In this document: positions 38,401 to 48,472 of the stretch, in pieces | Layout of the letters: each line of letters opens with the position of its first letter | Position numbering within the stretch: the first letter of the stretch is position 1 | Assembly: GCA_045546995.1 (NCBI GenBank) | Contig: JAZQDW010000071.1 | Coordinates: 13,105-77,104 of the forward strand | Length of the DNA stretch: 64,000 nucleotides | Origin: Eubacteriales bacterium | Lineage (GTDB): Bacteria > Bacillota > Clostridia > Oscillospirales > QAKW01 | Direction of reading: 5' to 3' | Translations under genes and position numbers: made by a program | Notes under the pieces: generated by a model | Databases searched by the model: none | Seen by the model: the letters and a program-made list of their open reading frames with translations, nothing else | Told to the model about the DNA's origin: nothing

Positions 38401-38847
38401 AAGATGACTCGTGCAATGTTCGTTACCGTTCTCGGCCGTCTGGAAGGCGTTGAGGTTGAAAACAATGTTAAGACGCCCTTCACCGACGTCAAGAAGAAAC
38501 AGTATTACACCGGTTACATTAAGTGGGCTGCAGAAAACGGCATTATCAGCGGTATGACCAAGACCACCTTTGCTCCCGATGCCGAGATCACCCGTGAGCA
38601 GATCTGCGCTTTGATCGTTCGCTATGCCGCCTATGCCGGCATCGAGCTGGACAACAGCACGGAGACAGAGCTGTTCCGTGATGCTGATATGATCAGCGGT
38701 TACGCTTTGGACAGCGTATTGCTCTGCCATAAGGCCGGCATCGTTACCGGTCGCGGCGGCGGCTACTTCGCACCCAAGTCCACTGCCACCCGTGCTGAGG
38801 TTGCACAGGTATTCAAGAATCTGTGCCTCGGTTATCTGGCAGAATAA
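35452..38847 (+). CDS. Surface protein with BspA-type leucine-rich repeats (LRR_5), Cys-rich linker and 3 C-terminal SLH domains
   Basis: Signal peptide; repeated IP..V..IG..AF..C..L; SLH motifs FAPD..MTRA, ITREQ, ATRAE. Confidence 0.92.
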   Translation: MKNFKRVISVALCALLMVSMLATCQISFTFAASADGYTYVVDSVTETVTVTGYEGTEVELTIPGTIDGKSVTAIAADAFRNNSTVTSVTVPASVKTVGDSAFRNCAKLVAVTMPSGNYTLGHAVFANDVSLQVLDLGKATETGIGVLSGCNALTTLSINAMREPINGAGTIALLFDGNATPANPGIPATLETIVVTNDGNIPANAFKGVSGLKSITFAKKITAVGDSAFEGCAVLSAITGTIAGPIGNKAFYGCKALTAIDLSNAGVEKIGASAFEGCVALADINVSDSLKYVDKNAVKDTKWLSQQSEYALLGQVFVAYCGTKSELVLPAAAKYVANSALENNNTAETVEFPGTVEYIGTNVLKGSAVVAVTIPFLGAFANDTETAFISYLFGGAGSDENGKVLPECLLQVKLTGGTEIPADAFADCKNLMYIYIPETVTKIGARALANCTALNTLYYKAVSATVDSTALNGTAVDVVEFGSKVEVIPTYLCTANSKLLMVKIPKSVKTIETRAFAGCYNLANVTFDAENCTSVASDAFDYCHKLEEISLTDRVEYIPANLFVQYGSSDLEEITIPAAVTEIAAGAFKNCVSLKTVNFLAANCVIGDDAFSACAKLTTINIGDNVTTIPTNLFTNSTAVKKVNVPAQITRIEDYAFKGCTALEEITVPDGLRSIGKAVLTGSLWYDNQPDGPVYLGKIFYGYKGTMSDDALTLLDGTVAIADGALEGNGALQTLTIPGSVEHIGKDALAMTNTSIINNSGSKVVADYATENEIPVLTTCAHADAYYVIVEEATATAVGQLDVYCRDCGEKFAKETYATEEDLLFMWILKSKPTCTVPGVLEMNTGAGAPMLNTLPATGHLFTTAKVTVAPTCNSLGVTNVFCDDCGVQLEGQAGTVPMLAHTPGEWVKVRLPRTYCTGLNSVLCTVCGATVQNKVLPKLKEGNPLAGIVDVTEEDWYRETVIFVMNNNLFSGMNENYFAPDDKMTRAMFVTVLGRLEGVEVENNVKTPFTDVKKKQYYTGYIKWAAENGIISGMTKTTFAPDAEITREQICALIVRYAAYAGIELDNSTETELFRDADMISGYALDSVLLCHKAGIVTGRGGGYFAPKSTATRAEVAQVFKNLCLGYLAE

Positions 38848-38911
38848 ATCGTTATTAAAATCAATAACAGCATTCTGCACTGCAGGATGCTGTTATTTTT
38901 AGGAGAACATT

Positions 38912-39412
38912 ATGCAGAATATAACGTTGATCGGTATGCCCGGCGCCGGCAAAAGCACCATCGGTGTTTTGCTTGCCAAACGTCTGGGATATGCCTTTCA
39001 GGATACGGATATCACCATTCAAGTCAAAACGGGCAAAACGTTGTCCCAACTTATGATCGAAATCGGTCAGGAGGCTTTGATGCAACTGGAAAGCGACGTC
39101 ATTGCCGAATTGCAGGTCAATCGGCAGGTGATCGCCACCGGCGGCAGCGCTGTCTTTGGTCGTCGGGGAATGGAGCATCTGCAGCAGATCAGCCATATTG
39201 TATATCTGCAGACCGGCGTGGAGGAAATCCGCCACCGTGTCGGCGATTTGGTCGAGCGCGGCGTTGTGCTCAACGGTTGTCGCAATCTTGATGAACTGTA
39301 CGCACAGCGCGCGCCTCTGTACGAGAAGTATGCCGACACGGTAATATGTTGTGACGGTAAAACCGTGGAGGAATGTGTGGCAGCGGTTTACGTCGCGATA
39401 AAGGGGGAATAA
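38912..39412 (+). CDS. aroK: Shikimate kinase
   Basis: GMPGAGKST, DTD, ATGGS, R.PLY..YAD. Confidence 0.9.
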   Translation: MQNITLIGMPGAGKSTIGVLLAKRLGYAFQDTDITIQVKTGKTLSQLMIEIGQEALMQLESDVIAELQVNRQVIATGGSAVFGRRGMEHLQQISHIVYLQTGVEEIRHRVGDLVERGVVLNGCRNLDELYAQRAPLYEKYADTVICCDGKTVEECVAAVYVAIKGE

Positions 39413-39414
39413 AC

Positions 39415-39891
39415 GTGATTCGAAAGGCGACTTTGCAGGATATTCCTGCCATTATAGAGATCTTTGCCGCCGGACGCGCTTATATGCGGCAGACGGGCAA
39501 TCTGCATCAATGGTCGGGCGGCTATCCGGATGAGAGTATCATCCGTTCTGATATTGAGGCAGGTGAGTGCTTTGTTATCGTGCAGAAAACAGTTTGCGCT
39601 GTTTTTACTCTGCTTTCCCAACCCGACCCTACCTATGCGTATATTGAAGGCGCGTGGTTGACCGATGGCCCCTACGGTACCATTCACCGCATCGCCTCCA
39701 ACGGTACGGTGCGTGGCGTGGTGCAGATGGCGGTCGATTTTGCGTTGCAATATCATAAGGTACTGCGTTGCGATACTCATAAGGATAATCTGCCGATGCA
39801 GGCGGTGCTGGAACGCGCCGGTTTTATCCACTGCGGCGTAATCTATTTGGCAGATGGCGACCCTCGCGAAGCATACGAACGCCTACCGTAA
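39415..39891 (+). CDS. GNAT family N-acetyltransferase
   Basis: IRKAT, QW.GGYP, IHRIA, DTH.DN.PMQ...GF..CG. Confidence 0.85.
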   Translation: MIRKATLQDIPAIIEIFAAGRAYMRQTGNLHQWSGGYPDESIIRSDIEAGECFVIVQKTVCAVFTLLSQPDPTYAYIEGAWLTDGPYGTIHRIASNGTVRGVVQMAVDFALQYHKVLRCDTHKDNLPMQAVLERAGFIHCGVIYLADGDPREAYERLP

Positions 39892-40040
39892 AGTGCATTG
39901 TCAAAATATTTGTTTTCGACTTTTTTGATCGTCAATAAGTTGTTTTACTACAGTAAAAAATAAAAAAAGTGGTTTGTACAAATTAAAAGGTACAGACCAC
40001 TTTTTAAAGTTATATAATTATAATAAACTTCGCTGATAAT

Positions 40041-40071
40041 AAGGCCGTCCAAGCGACGCTTGGACGGCCTT
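40041..40071. terminator. GC-rich hairpin downstream of fba
   Basis: AAGGCCGTCCAAGCG-A-CGCTTGGACGGCCTT. Confidence 0.65.
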
Positions 40072-40090
40072 GTGATCGTTTCAATGCTTT

Positions 40091-40954
40091 TTATGCCTTG
40101 CCGATAGAACCGAACAATTCCATCTTTTCCTTAACCTTTGCCTTGATGGCTTCAAAACCGGGAGCCAACAGCTTGCGGGGGTCAAAGCCCTTGCCCTGCT
40201 GATCCTTGCCGGCCTCGATGTAGGCGCGGGTCGCTTCCTGGAAGGACAGCTGACACTCGGTGTTTACGTTGATCTTGCAAACGCCCAAAGAGATTGCCTT
40301 GGCAACCATATCATCGGGAATACCGGTACCGCCGTGCAGTACCAAGGGCATACCCAGTGTGGCGTTGTTGATGCTTTCCAGCACGTCAAAACGCAGACCG
40401 GGCCAGTTGGCAGGATATTTGCCGTGGATGTTGCCGATACCGGCAGCCAGAATGTCTACGCCCAGATCGGCAATGGTCTTGCATTCCTGAGGATCGGCTA
40501 CCTCGCCGTTGCCGACAACGCCGTCCTCTTCACCGCCGATGGCGCCAACCTCTGCCTCAACGGACAGACCCTTGGCGGCACACAGGGCAATGATCTCTTT
40601 GGTCTTTTCGATGTTCTCTTCGATGGGATAGTGAGAACCGTCAAACATAATGGAAGAAAAACCGGCTTCCATGGCCTTCTTGGCGCCTTCGTAGGAGCCG
40701 TGATCCAAATGCAGAGCAACGGGAACAGTGATGCCCAGATCCTCTACCATGGCCTCTACCATTGCAGCGACGGTCTTAAAACCGCACATATACTTGGCAG
40801 CGCCCTCGGAAACACCCAGGATAACGGGGCTCTTGTTTTCCTCGGCAGTCAGCAGGATCGCCTTGGTCCACTCCAGATTGTTGATGTTAAATTGGCCGAC
40901 AGCATATTTGCCGTCACGAGCCTTGATCATCATGTCTTTTACATTGACCAGCAT
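40091..40954 (-). CDS. fba: Class II fructose-1,6-bisphosphate aldolase
   Basis: HLDHG, MFDGSH, GNIHG, LVLHGGTG, KINVNT, DPRK. Confidence 0.96.
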   Translation of the reverse strand: MLVNVKDMMIKARDGKYAVGQFNINNLEWTKAILLTAEENKSPVILGVSEGAAKYMCGFKTVAAMVEAMVEDLGITVPVALHLDHGSYEGAKKAMEAGFSSIMFDGSHYPIEENIEKTKEIIALCAAKGLSVEAEVGAIGGEEDGVVGNGEVADPQECKTIADLGVDILAAGIGNIHGKYPANWPGLRFDVLESINNATLGMPLVLHGGTGIPDDMVAKAISLGVCKINVNTECQLSFQEATRAYIEAGKDQQGKGFDPRKLLAPGFEAIKAKVKEKMELFGSIGKA

Positions 40955-41105
40955 AGTAAAGATCTCCTTTGTTTTTTATTTTTACCTATTTATTATAATA
41001 ATTTTTTACAATAAAATCAAGTGTTTCCGTCCGATGACTCAAAAAATATTTACAAATCGGGCAAAATATGATAGGATTTATATAATATAATGAAGGAGAA
41101 TGCGC

Positions 41106-41732
41106 ATGAAAGGATATTTTGCGGCGAAAAACATGGCAGAAACCGAATTCGTTGAAAAAAAGAGCCGGTTTATTACGCACGTCGCCACCGTCACCACAGC
41201 GGCCGAAGCCGAGGCCTTTGTGGCCGATATTAAAAAACAATATCCCGATGCGCGGCACAATTGCTGGGCCTATCGTGTACACGATCCTTTTGGCGAGCGA
41301 TACAGCGATGACGGCGAACCGCAGGGGACGGCGGGCCCCCCAATGCTGGGCGTACTGCAAAAAGAAGAAATTGAGGATATCTGCGTGGTGGTCACACGGT
41401 ATTTCGGCGGTATTTTGCTGGGCGCGGCAGGGCTGACAAGGGCGTATAGCCGCGGATGCGCAGATGGGGTACGTGCTGCGGGTAAAAGTTATAAATGCCC
41501 GGCCACGGTGCTTTCGCTGGAAATTCCTTACGATCGCCTCAGCTCGGTGGAACGTCAGCTTGAGCATCGGACCCATCAGGTGCTTGCAAAGGAATATCAT
41601 ACGGCGGTTACTCTCACCCTTGCCATGCCAAGCGAGGCGGTCACTCCTTTCTGTGATACGATGACCGAGCTGTCCGGCGGAAAAATTCCGATTAAGGTGC
41701 TTGAGGAACGTCTGATATGCTTTGAAATGTGA
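41106..41732 (+). CDS. YigZ/IMPACT family protein
   Basis: EKKSRFI, A.HNCWAY, DDGEP.GTAG, VTRYFGG.LLG. Confidence 0.93.
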   Translation: MKGYFAAKNMAETEFVEKKSRFITHVATVTTAAEAEAFVADIKKQYPDARHNCWAYRVHDPFGERYSDDGEPQGTAGPPMLGVLQKEEIEDICVVVTRYFGGILLGAAGLTRAYSRGCADGVRAAGKSYKCPATVLSLEIPYDRLSSVERQLEHRTHQVLAKEYHTAVTLTLAMPSEAVTPFCDTMTELSGGKIPIKVLEERLICFEM

Positions 41733-41834
41733 TTTTTTAAATTTATTCTGTATTTTATTCATAATTTATCCAACATTTGTCACCAAATAATGGGTATAAT
41801 GAAATTACCGAAATGATCCGAAAGGAGAATTATA

Positions 41835-42524
41835 ATGACGAAAATTCTGGTCGTAGATGACGAAAAAAATATTTGCGAGTTATTGGGCATTTATTTGCGC
41901 AAGGACAATTATGAGGTAGAATTTGCTTACGACGGCGAAATGGCTGTGGAAAAATTTGCCGAGTTTATGCCGGATATGATCCTGCTGGATATTATGCTGC
42001 CCAAAATGGATGGGTGGGAGGTTTGCCGTACCATTCGTAAATCCTCCAACGTGCCCATTATTATGATCAGCGCCAAGGGAGAGACCTTTGATAAGGTGCT
42101 GGGTCTTGAACTGGGGGCGGACGATTACGTTACCAAGCCCTTTGATACTAAGGAGGTTTTGGCACGAATCAAAAGCGTGCTGCGCCGCGCCGGCTGTGAG
42201 GGGAAGGATGAAGGCGAAAAGGTAGAGGAGGTCACCCTGGACGGGCTGTACGTTTCGCTGACCAATTATAAATTGCGTGTCAACGGTAAGGACGTGGACG
42301 CTCCGCCCAAGGAGATCGAACTGCTGTACCACCTGGCCAGCCATCCCAACCGTGTTTTTACACGGGATCAATTGCTGGATGAGATCTGGGGCTTTAAATA
42401 TTACGGTGATTCCCGTACGGTCGACGTGCACGTTAAGCGCATTCGTGAAAAATTGGAGGGTGTTTCCAATGCCTGGGAACTGAAAACGGTCTGGGGCGTT
42501 GGCTACAAGTTCGAAGTGTTGTAA
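41835..42524 (+). CDS. OmpR-family response regulator
   Basis: VVDDE, LLDIMLP, GADDYVTKPF, RTVDVHVKR, TVWGVGY. Confidence 0.95.
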   Translation: MTKILVVDDEKNICELLGIYLRKDNYEVEFAYDGEMAVEKFAEFMPDMILLDIMLPKMDGWEVCRTIRKSSNVPIIMISAKGETFDKVLGLELGADDYVTKPFDTKEVLARIKSVLRRAGCEGKDEGEKVEEVTLDGLYVSLTNYKLRVNGKDVDAPPKEIELLYHLASHPNRVFTRDQLLDEIWGFKYYGDSRTVDVHVKRIREKLEGVSNAWELKTVWGVGYKFEVL

Positions 42525-42525
42525 T

Positions 42526-43965
42526 ATGCTGCAAAAAATATTTATCAAGTATTTTACCATTTGTGCCTCCATCATTTTGGCCGTGCTGATCCTGATGGGC
42601 TGTTTGTGCTCTGCCGTATTGGCAAACCAATCGGTGAAGGAAACGACGGTCAATCTGGAAAGCGCTGCAGTGCAAATTGCGGCCACCTATGCCGAAATGC
42701 CGAAAAACGGTATGTTTACAGGTGGCAAGATGCTGCAAAACGCCATGGGCGTTGTGCAGCAAACGCTGGATGCCGACGTTATTATCGCTACGGAAAGCGG
42801 TTTGGTGGTAGCCACCACGCTGACTGACCATGCTAAAACAACGGAGAGCATCGGCATGGCGGAGGAGGCGCTGGAAAAGGTGCTGGGCGGTGAAACTTAT
42901 CGCCGCAGCGGCATTTTTCTCAGAAAAAAACGGCCGTATCGAACGGCCTATACCGTGGGCGTCCCCGTTGTGATCGGGGATAACCATATCGGTGGCGCCG
43001 TCTTTGTTACCACGACGGAGATCTCGCTGATGGATGCGCTGTTGCCATTTTTGATGTTGTATCTGGTATTTGTGGGACTGGCTCTTGCCATCGCATTTGT
43101 AATTATTTACTTTGTCAGCGTGCGGATGTTTTATCCGCTGACACAGATGAGCCGCGCGGCTAAAAAATATGCTGAGGGCGACTTTTCCATGCGTATTGAC
43201 GTGCGAAAAAATGACGAGCTTGGCGAACTGGGGATGGCCTTTAACAATATGGCCGATTCTCTCGGCCGATTGGAGGAAATGCGGCAAAGTTTTGTGGAGG
43301 ACGTCTCCCACGAATTGCGTACCCCCATGACCACCATCGGCGGCTTTATTGACGGCATATTGGACGGCGTTATTGAAGAGCAGGATCGGGAACGGTATCT
43401 GCTAATCGTTTCGGAGGAGATCAAACGGCTCAGCCGTATGGTGTCGTCTATGCTGGACGTTGCCAAAATTCAGGCAGGCACTATGGTGTACAGCAAGGTG
43501 AATTTTGATCTGGCTACCTTGCTCCGCAAAAACCTGGATACCTATGCGGAACGAATGATGGACAAGCAGGTCGAGCTGGTGATCGATGCGGACGAAAACG
43601 AGGATTGGTACGTATATGCCGATCAGGACAGCGTGTACCGCGTGGTATACAATCTGTTGGATAACGCCGTTAAGTTCGTAAACACCGGCGGCAGGATCAC
43701 CCTGCGGTTGCAACGGCAAAACAGACAGGTTTTCGTGGCCATTCGCAATACCGGCGCCGGGATCTCGCAAAAGGATGTGGGACACATCTTTGAACGGTTT
43801 TATAAAACGGACAAGTCCCGTTCGGAAAATCGTCATGGCGTAGGCATCGGCCTGTATCTGGTCAAGACCATTGTCAAGGATATGGGCGGCGACGTCTTCG
43901 TATCCTCCAAAAAGGGCGAATATGCTGAATTTACCTTCAGCCTGCCTGTTGCAGAGGAAATTTAA
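42526..43965 (+). CDS. HAMP-domain sensor histidine kinase
   Basis: 2 TM, HAMP, SHELRTP, NLLDNAVK, G.GIGL. Confidence 0.95.
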   Translation: MLQKIFIKYFTICASIILAVLILMGCLCSAVLANQSVKETTVNLESAAVQIAATYAEMPKNGMFTGGKMLQNAMGVVQQTLDADVIIATESGLVVATTLTDHAKTTESIGMAEEALEKVLGGETYRRSGIFLRKKRPYRTAYTVGVPVVIGDNHIGGAVFVTTTEISLMDALLPFLMLYLVFVGLALAIAFVIIYFVSVRMFYPLTQMSRAAKKYAEGDFSMRIDVRKNDELGELGMAFNNMADSLGRLEEMRQSFVEDVSHELRTPMTTIGGFIDGILDGVIEEQDRERYLLIVSEEIKRLSRMVSSMLDVAKIQAGTMVYSKVNFDLATLLRKNLDTYAERMMDKQVELVIDADENEDWYVYADQDSVYRVVYNLLDNAVKFVNTGGRITLRLQRQNRQVFVAIRNTGAGISQKDVGHIFERFYKTDKSRSENRHGVGIGLYLVKTIVKDMGGDVFVSSKKGEYAEFTFSLPVAEEI

Positions 43966-44051
43966 AGAAAACAAAAGATTTATTTAAGATTTTTTAATAA
44001 ATATGGAATATAATAAGAGAAGTAGAACAACCGAAAGAGAGGTTTTAAAAT

Positions 44052-45596
44052 ATGGAGGATAATAAAAATATTTTTAACGGCGACGCTGTTGAAAATACGC
44101 CCGTAAACAACGAAATTTCCACCCCGAGCGAAACCCCCGTTGTAGAGGAAATCCCCGCAGTGGAGGAAGTTCCCGTTGTGGAGGAAGTTCCCGTTGTAGA
44201 GGAAATTCCCGCGGTGGAGGAGACAACCGCTCCGGCACCGGCTCCCACTGCAGAGACGCAGTCCGCTCCGGCATATCAGCCCCCGTACGGCGGCACCCCT
44301 GCCGACGATGGCTATACTGTGCAAAATCCCAATCCGTATTACAGCTATACTCAACCTACGCCCCCTACACCGCCCACACCCCCCGCGGGCGGCACCTATT
44401 ACAATGGCGCGTCGGTCAATCCGGTGCCGGTCAAGAAAAAGAAAAACGGCCTGATGATCGCGTTGATCTGCGTATCGGCGCTGTTGATCATTTCCATCGT
44501 TGCCTCGATGGTCGGTATCGGTTATCTTGTGTCCCGTTCCAAGACCGACGATCCCCAAAAGGATCCTGCCGGTAACGAGGTCGTTTTGGGCGGCGAGAGT
44601 GGCGAAGCTGCCGGTAAACCCACGCCGGCTCCCGAGGTCAACGTGGTGCAGAATTCCAAAGAAGACGGCGCCCGTATGAGCACCGAGGACGTGGTTGCCA
44701 AAACGCTGCCGCAGGTGGTTGGCGTTGTGGTCAGCACCGGCCAAGGCTTTTATGGTTCGGAGAGCCAGGGCAGCGGCATCATTTTTTCCGCTGACGGCTA
44801 TATCATCACCAATGCCCACGTAGTAGAAGGCGCCAATACGGTCAAGATCGTTTTGCCCGATGAAAAGCAGACCAATTACGAGGCTAAGGTGATCGGCAGC
44901 GATACCAAAACCGACCTTGCCGTGCTGAAGGTAGACGCCAAGGATCTGCCGGCGGCGGATATCGGTAACAGCGACGAACTGAAACTGGGCGAGACCGTTA
45001 TTGCCGTGGGTAATCCATACGGCCTGGAACTGCAAAGCTCCGTGACCTCCGGTATCGTTTCCGCATTGAACCGTAGCATTACCACCAGCAACGGTAAAAT
45101 GAACCTCATCCAGACGGATGCGGCCATCAACCCCGGCAACTCCGGCGGCGCGCTGGTCAATCTGTACGGTCAGGTCGTAGGCGTTTGCTCTTCCAAGATC
45201 TCTGCCACCGATGCAGAGGGTCTCGGCTTTGCCATTCCCATCAACGATGCATTGCCCATTATTCAAGAACTGATCACTAAGGGCTATATCAGTGGCCGTC
45301 CCATGATCGGTATTCAGGGACAGGATATCAATGCGCAGACGGCAATGATGTACGGTGTGCCCACCGGCGTATACGTTGTGTATATCGAACAAAACAGCAG
45401 CGCGTATCAGAAGGGTATGCGTCAGTATGACATTATTACCAAATTCAACGGTAAAACCGTTACCTGCTATGCAGATCTGGACGCCGCCAAGGATGAATGT
45501 AAGGCGGGAGATACTGTCAGCGTTGAATTCTATCGTTATTCCAACGGTCAGACCTACATGGCTGACATTACCTTAAGCGCCTCTACCGGCGAATAA
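44052..45596 (+). CDS. htrA: HtrA/DegP serine protease
   Basis: TNAHV, DLAV, INPGNSGG triad; PDZ domain; acidic N-terminus + TM. Confidence 0.93.
   Translation: MEDNKNIFNGDAVENTPVNNEISTPSETPVVEEIPAVEEVPVVEEVPVVEEIPAVEETTAPAPAPTAETQSAPAYQPPYGGTPADDGYTVQNPNPYYSYTQPTPPTPPTPPAGGTYYNGASVNPVPVKKKKNGLMIALICVSALLIISIVASMVGIGYLVSRSKTDDPQKDPAGNEVVLGGESGEAAGKPTPAPEVNVVQNSKEDGARMSTEDVVAKTLPQVVGVVVSTGQGFYGSESQGSGIIFSADGYIITNAHVVEGANTVKIVLPDEKQTNYEAKVIGSDTKTDLAVLKVDAKDLPAADIGNSDELKLGETVIAVGNPYGLELQSSVTSGIVSALNRSITTSNGKMNLIQTDAAINPGNSGGALVNLYGQVVGVCSSKISATDAEGLGFAIPINDALPIIQELITKGYISGRPMIGIQGQDINAQTAMMYGVPTGVYVVYIEQNSSAYQKGMRQYDIITKFNGKTVTCYADLDAAKDECKAGDTVSVEFYRYSNGQTYMADITLSASTGE
44135..44222 (+). repeat. 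18-bp coding tandem repeat (P-V/A-VEE-I/V, 4-5 copies)
   Basis: CCCGTTGTAGAGGAA-type units in the htrA N-terminus. Confidence 0.8.
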
Positions 45597-45734
45597 ATCG
45601 TATTTTGTGAAAAACACCCTTTGTAAAGGGCGGTGCTCCGCCCAAAAGGGTGTTTTTCTTATGATTGTTGTTGAATTTTGTAATTTTATTTAGTATAATG
45701 AAACTGTATAAATAATTATAAGGACGGAAATGGT

Positions 45735-47579
45735 ATGCGACTGAAGCGTTTGTGGACAATTTTGCCAATGATGTTGTTGGATGCGGCCAGTGTGCTGATC
45801 GCCGGATTGATCACCACAGTGCTGCTTAAACAACAGGATCCGGCACTGGCGTTGCAAATGTCATTTATTAAATATTATCCTGTGCTGGCGGTGGGAACGG
45901 TCATTGTGTACTATTTCTGCGGTCTGTATGCCGGTGTGTGGAAATATGCGGGTATGCGTGACGTAATGATCATTATCGGCGCGGCCTCCGGTGCTACACT
46001 ACTATACGTATTGGGTACGATGCTGTGGTGGCGCGATATGCGTCAAAGCGTCGAGTTTTATCTGATCTTTTTGGTATTTCTGGCCCTTTCGACGGTTTCT
46101 ATTCGTATGTATGACCGCCTGAAACGTATGGTTATCAAGGCATTCAGCGGTTTCAGCCATAAGGCGCATCATATCCTGCTTATCGGCGCGGGGGAGGCGG
46201 CGCACACCATCCTCTCCGAGATCGGATCGGCCAAGTTGTATGCCCGCAGTACCGTGGTGGGCATCATTGATGACGATGCTATGAAGCACGGCCTGCATAT
46301 TAACGGTTATAAGATTTTGGGCGGTCGTGATATGATTCCCCAGGTGGTTGAAAAATATCGGGTGGATACTATTATTTTTGCTATCCCCAGCTGTAAGGAG
46401 TTTGACCGCAGAGAGATACTCAAACTCTGTCAGGCTACCGGCTGTGAGCTGAAAACGCTCCCTTCGCTGGAGCATTTGCCCCCCAATTTTCATATCAATC
46501 AACTGCGCAACGTGGAGATCGAGGATCTGCTGGGACGTGATCCCATTCGGACGGATCTGCATGAGATCATGAAATACGTTGAGAATAAACGGATTTTGGT
46601 CACCGGCGGTGGCGGCAGTATCGGTAGTGAATTGTGCCGCCAGATCGCTGCATACCGTCCTGCGCAACTGGTGATTTTTGATATTTATGAAAATACCACC
46701 TACGAGGTCCAGCTGGAACTGAAGAAAAAATTTCCGGCGCTGGATCTGCAGGTGCGGATCGGCTCGATTTGTGATGAGGTGACGCTGGAACGCCTGATGG
46801 CCGAGTTCCGTCCCCACATCATCTATCACGCCGCGGCGCATAAGCACGTGCCGTTGATGGAGGATTCACCGGCGGAAAGTGTGCGCAACAACGTATTTGG
46901 TACCCTCAATCTGGCACGGGCGGCCGATCGCTATAAGTGTGACCGCTTTGTGATGATCTCCACGGATAAGGCGGTCAATCCCACCAACGTTATGGGCGCC
47001 ACCAAACGAATCTGTGAGATGATCGTGCAAAGCTTTGAAAAAATCTCGCAGACCGAGTTTGTTGCCGTTCGTTTTGGTAACGTGCTCGGTTCTCACGGTA
47101 GTGTGATCCCTCTGTTCCGTCGCCAACTGCAGGAGGGTGGCCCGTTGACGGTAACACACCGTGATATCATCCGTTATTTTATGACCATTCCCGAGGCCGT
47201 TTCGCTGGTATTGCAGGCCGGCGCCTTGGCTCACGGCGGCGAAATTTTCGTGCTGGATATGGGCGAGCCGGTGAAAATCGTCACGTTGGCTGAAAATCTG
47301 ATCAAACTCAGCGGACTGGAGCCGTATAAGGATATTGATATCGTATTCACCGGTCTGCGTCCGGGTGAAAAATTGTATGAAGAATTGCTGATGGGCGAGG
47401 AGGGACTGTCCTCCACGCAAAACAAGCAGATCTACGTTGGAAAACCCATTGAGATGGATACCGATCAGTTTTGGCGGGACATCGAGCATCTGCAGCAGGT
47501 CATTCAAGATGAAAATGCTGATATCCGCGCTGAAATTCGCAGATTGGTGCCCACCTATCATCCGTCGGAGGAAAGATAA
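45735..47579 (+). CDS. CapD/PglF-like UDP-GlcNAc 4,6-dehydratase
   Basis: 4 TM, GAGEA, TGGGGSIG, HAAAHKHVP, STDKAV, VRFGNVLGS, RPGEKLYEEL. Confidence 0.93.
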   Translation: MRLKRLWTILPMMLLDAASVLIAGLITTVLLKQQDPALALQMSFIKYYPVLAVGTVIVYYFCGLYAGVWKYAGMRDVMIIIGAASGATLLYVLGTMLWWRDMRQSVEFYLIFLVFLALSTVSIRMYDRLKRMVIKAFSGFSHKAHHILLIGAGEAAHTILSEIGSAKLYARSTVVGIIDDDAMKHGLHINGYKILGGRDMIPQVVEKYRVDTIIFAIPSCKEFDRREILKLCQATGCELKTLPSLEHLPPNFHINQLRNVEIEDLLGRDPIRTDLHEIMKYVENKRILVTGGGGSIGSELCRQIAAYRPAQLVIFDIYENTTYEVQLELKKKFPALDLQVRIGSICDEVTLERLMAEFRPHIIYHAAAHKHVPLMEDSPAESVRNNVFGTLNLARAADRYKCDRFVMISTDKAVNPTNVMGATKRICEMIVQSFEKISQTEFVAVRFGNVLGSHGSVIPLFRRQLQEGGPLTVTHRDIIRYFMTIPEAVSLVLQAGALAHGGEIFVLDMGEPVKIVTLAENLIKLSGLEPYKDIDIVFTGLRPGEKLYEELLMGEEGLSSTQNKQIYVGKPIEMDTDQFWRDIEHLQQVIQDENADIRAEIRRLVPTYHPSEER

Positions 47580-48421
47580 TGTATTCAATTGACCTTGAAA
47601 CCCTGATTACTCGTGCCGGACTCCCCGCAGCGGCCGCAGAGGCGCTGCGTGCTGCGGCGAAGGATACGCCCCCGCAGGTAAAAAATATCATTGACAAGGC
47701 GATGCTGGCCTATCGTGAGGATACGAATTTCCCTTATGAGGAGTACCGCCTGCAGTTGGAGGCGTTGGACAATGCCGATCTTTGGCAGATGCTGTACGTC
47801 TTTACTCTGGCGGAGCATTTGTATACGCTGTATATGACCTCCGGCAGAGGGGAGGAACTGTTTGACGGCATCCTGCGGGATTTCACCGCCAAAGTACGGG
47901 AGTGTTATGATTTTACCGGCGCCTGGGGCATTCGTTCCGCCAAATGGTATAACCGTTGGTTCAATCTTGAACGGATCGCTTTGCGCCGTCTGCAGTTCGA
48001 GGTGCGCCGTTTTGGGAACAATTACCGTGGACTGACACCCGACGATCCTGCTATCAACGTGCATATTCCGTCTACGGGCCCACTGGATGAGGCGCTGTGC
48101 GAAGAGGACTATCGCCGCGCGGCCGCATTTTTTGCCGACCGTTTTGAAGGTCCTGTGCCCTTTATGTGTCACAGCTGGCTGCTCAATCCCGAGCATCCCG
48201 CCTTTTTGCCGCCTACGTCACGTTTGTTGCCCTTTCAGGCTAAATACGATATCTTTAAATTTGATGAGCATACCGAGTTTTTGTGGCGCTTGTTCGGCAC
48301 GGCCTATAACGGTGACCCGAACAGCCTGACCGAGCGTAACTCACTGGAGCGCGCTTACAAGGCCCATTTACTTGCCGGCGGCAAGGTGGGCGAGGGAAAA
48401 GGCGTGTTTTTCCTCTCATAA
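47579..48421 (+). CDS. GNAT-like acyltransferase-domain protein (DUF5596-like)
   Basis: L.RLQFE, NVHIP..GPL, C.SWLL, SL.R motifs. Confidence 0.65.
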   Translation: MYSIDLETLITRAGLPAAAAEALRAAAKDTPPQVKNIIDKAMLAYREDTNFPYEEYRLQLEALDNADLWQMLYVFTLAEHLYTLYMTSGRGEELFDGILRDFTAKVRECYDFTGAWGIRSAKWYNRWFNLERIALRRLQFEVRRFGNNYRGLTPDDPAINVHIPSTGPLDEALCEEDYRRAAAFFADRFEGPVPFMCHSWLLNPEHPAFLPPTSRLLPFQAKYDIFKFDEHTEFLWRLFGTAYNGDPNSLTERNSLERAYKAHLLAGGKVGEGKGVFFLS

Positions 48422-48472
48422 ATTTTAAAACCGCAGTGCATTGTGCACTGCGGTTTTTTGATGTTTTTGCTT

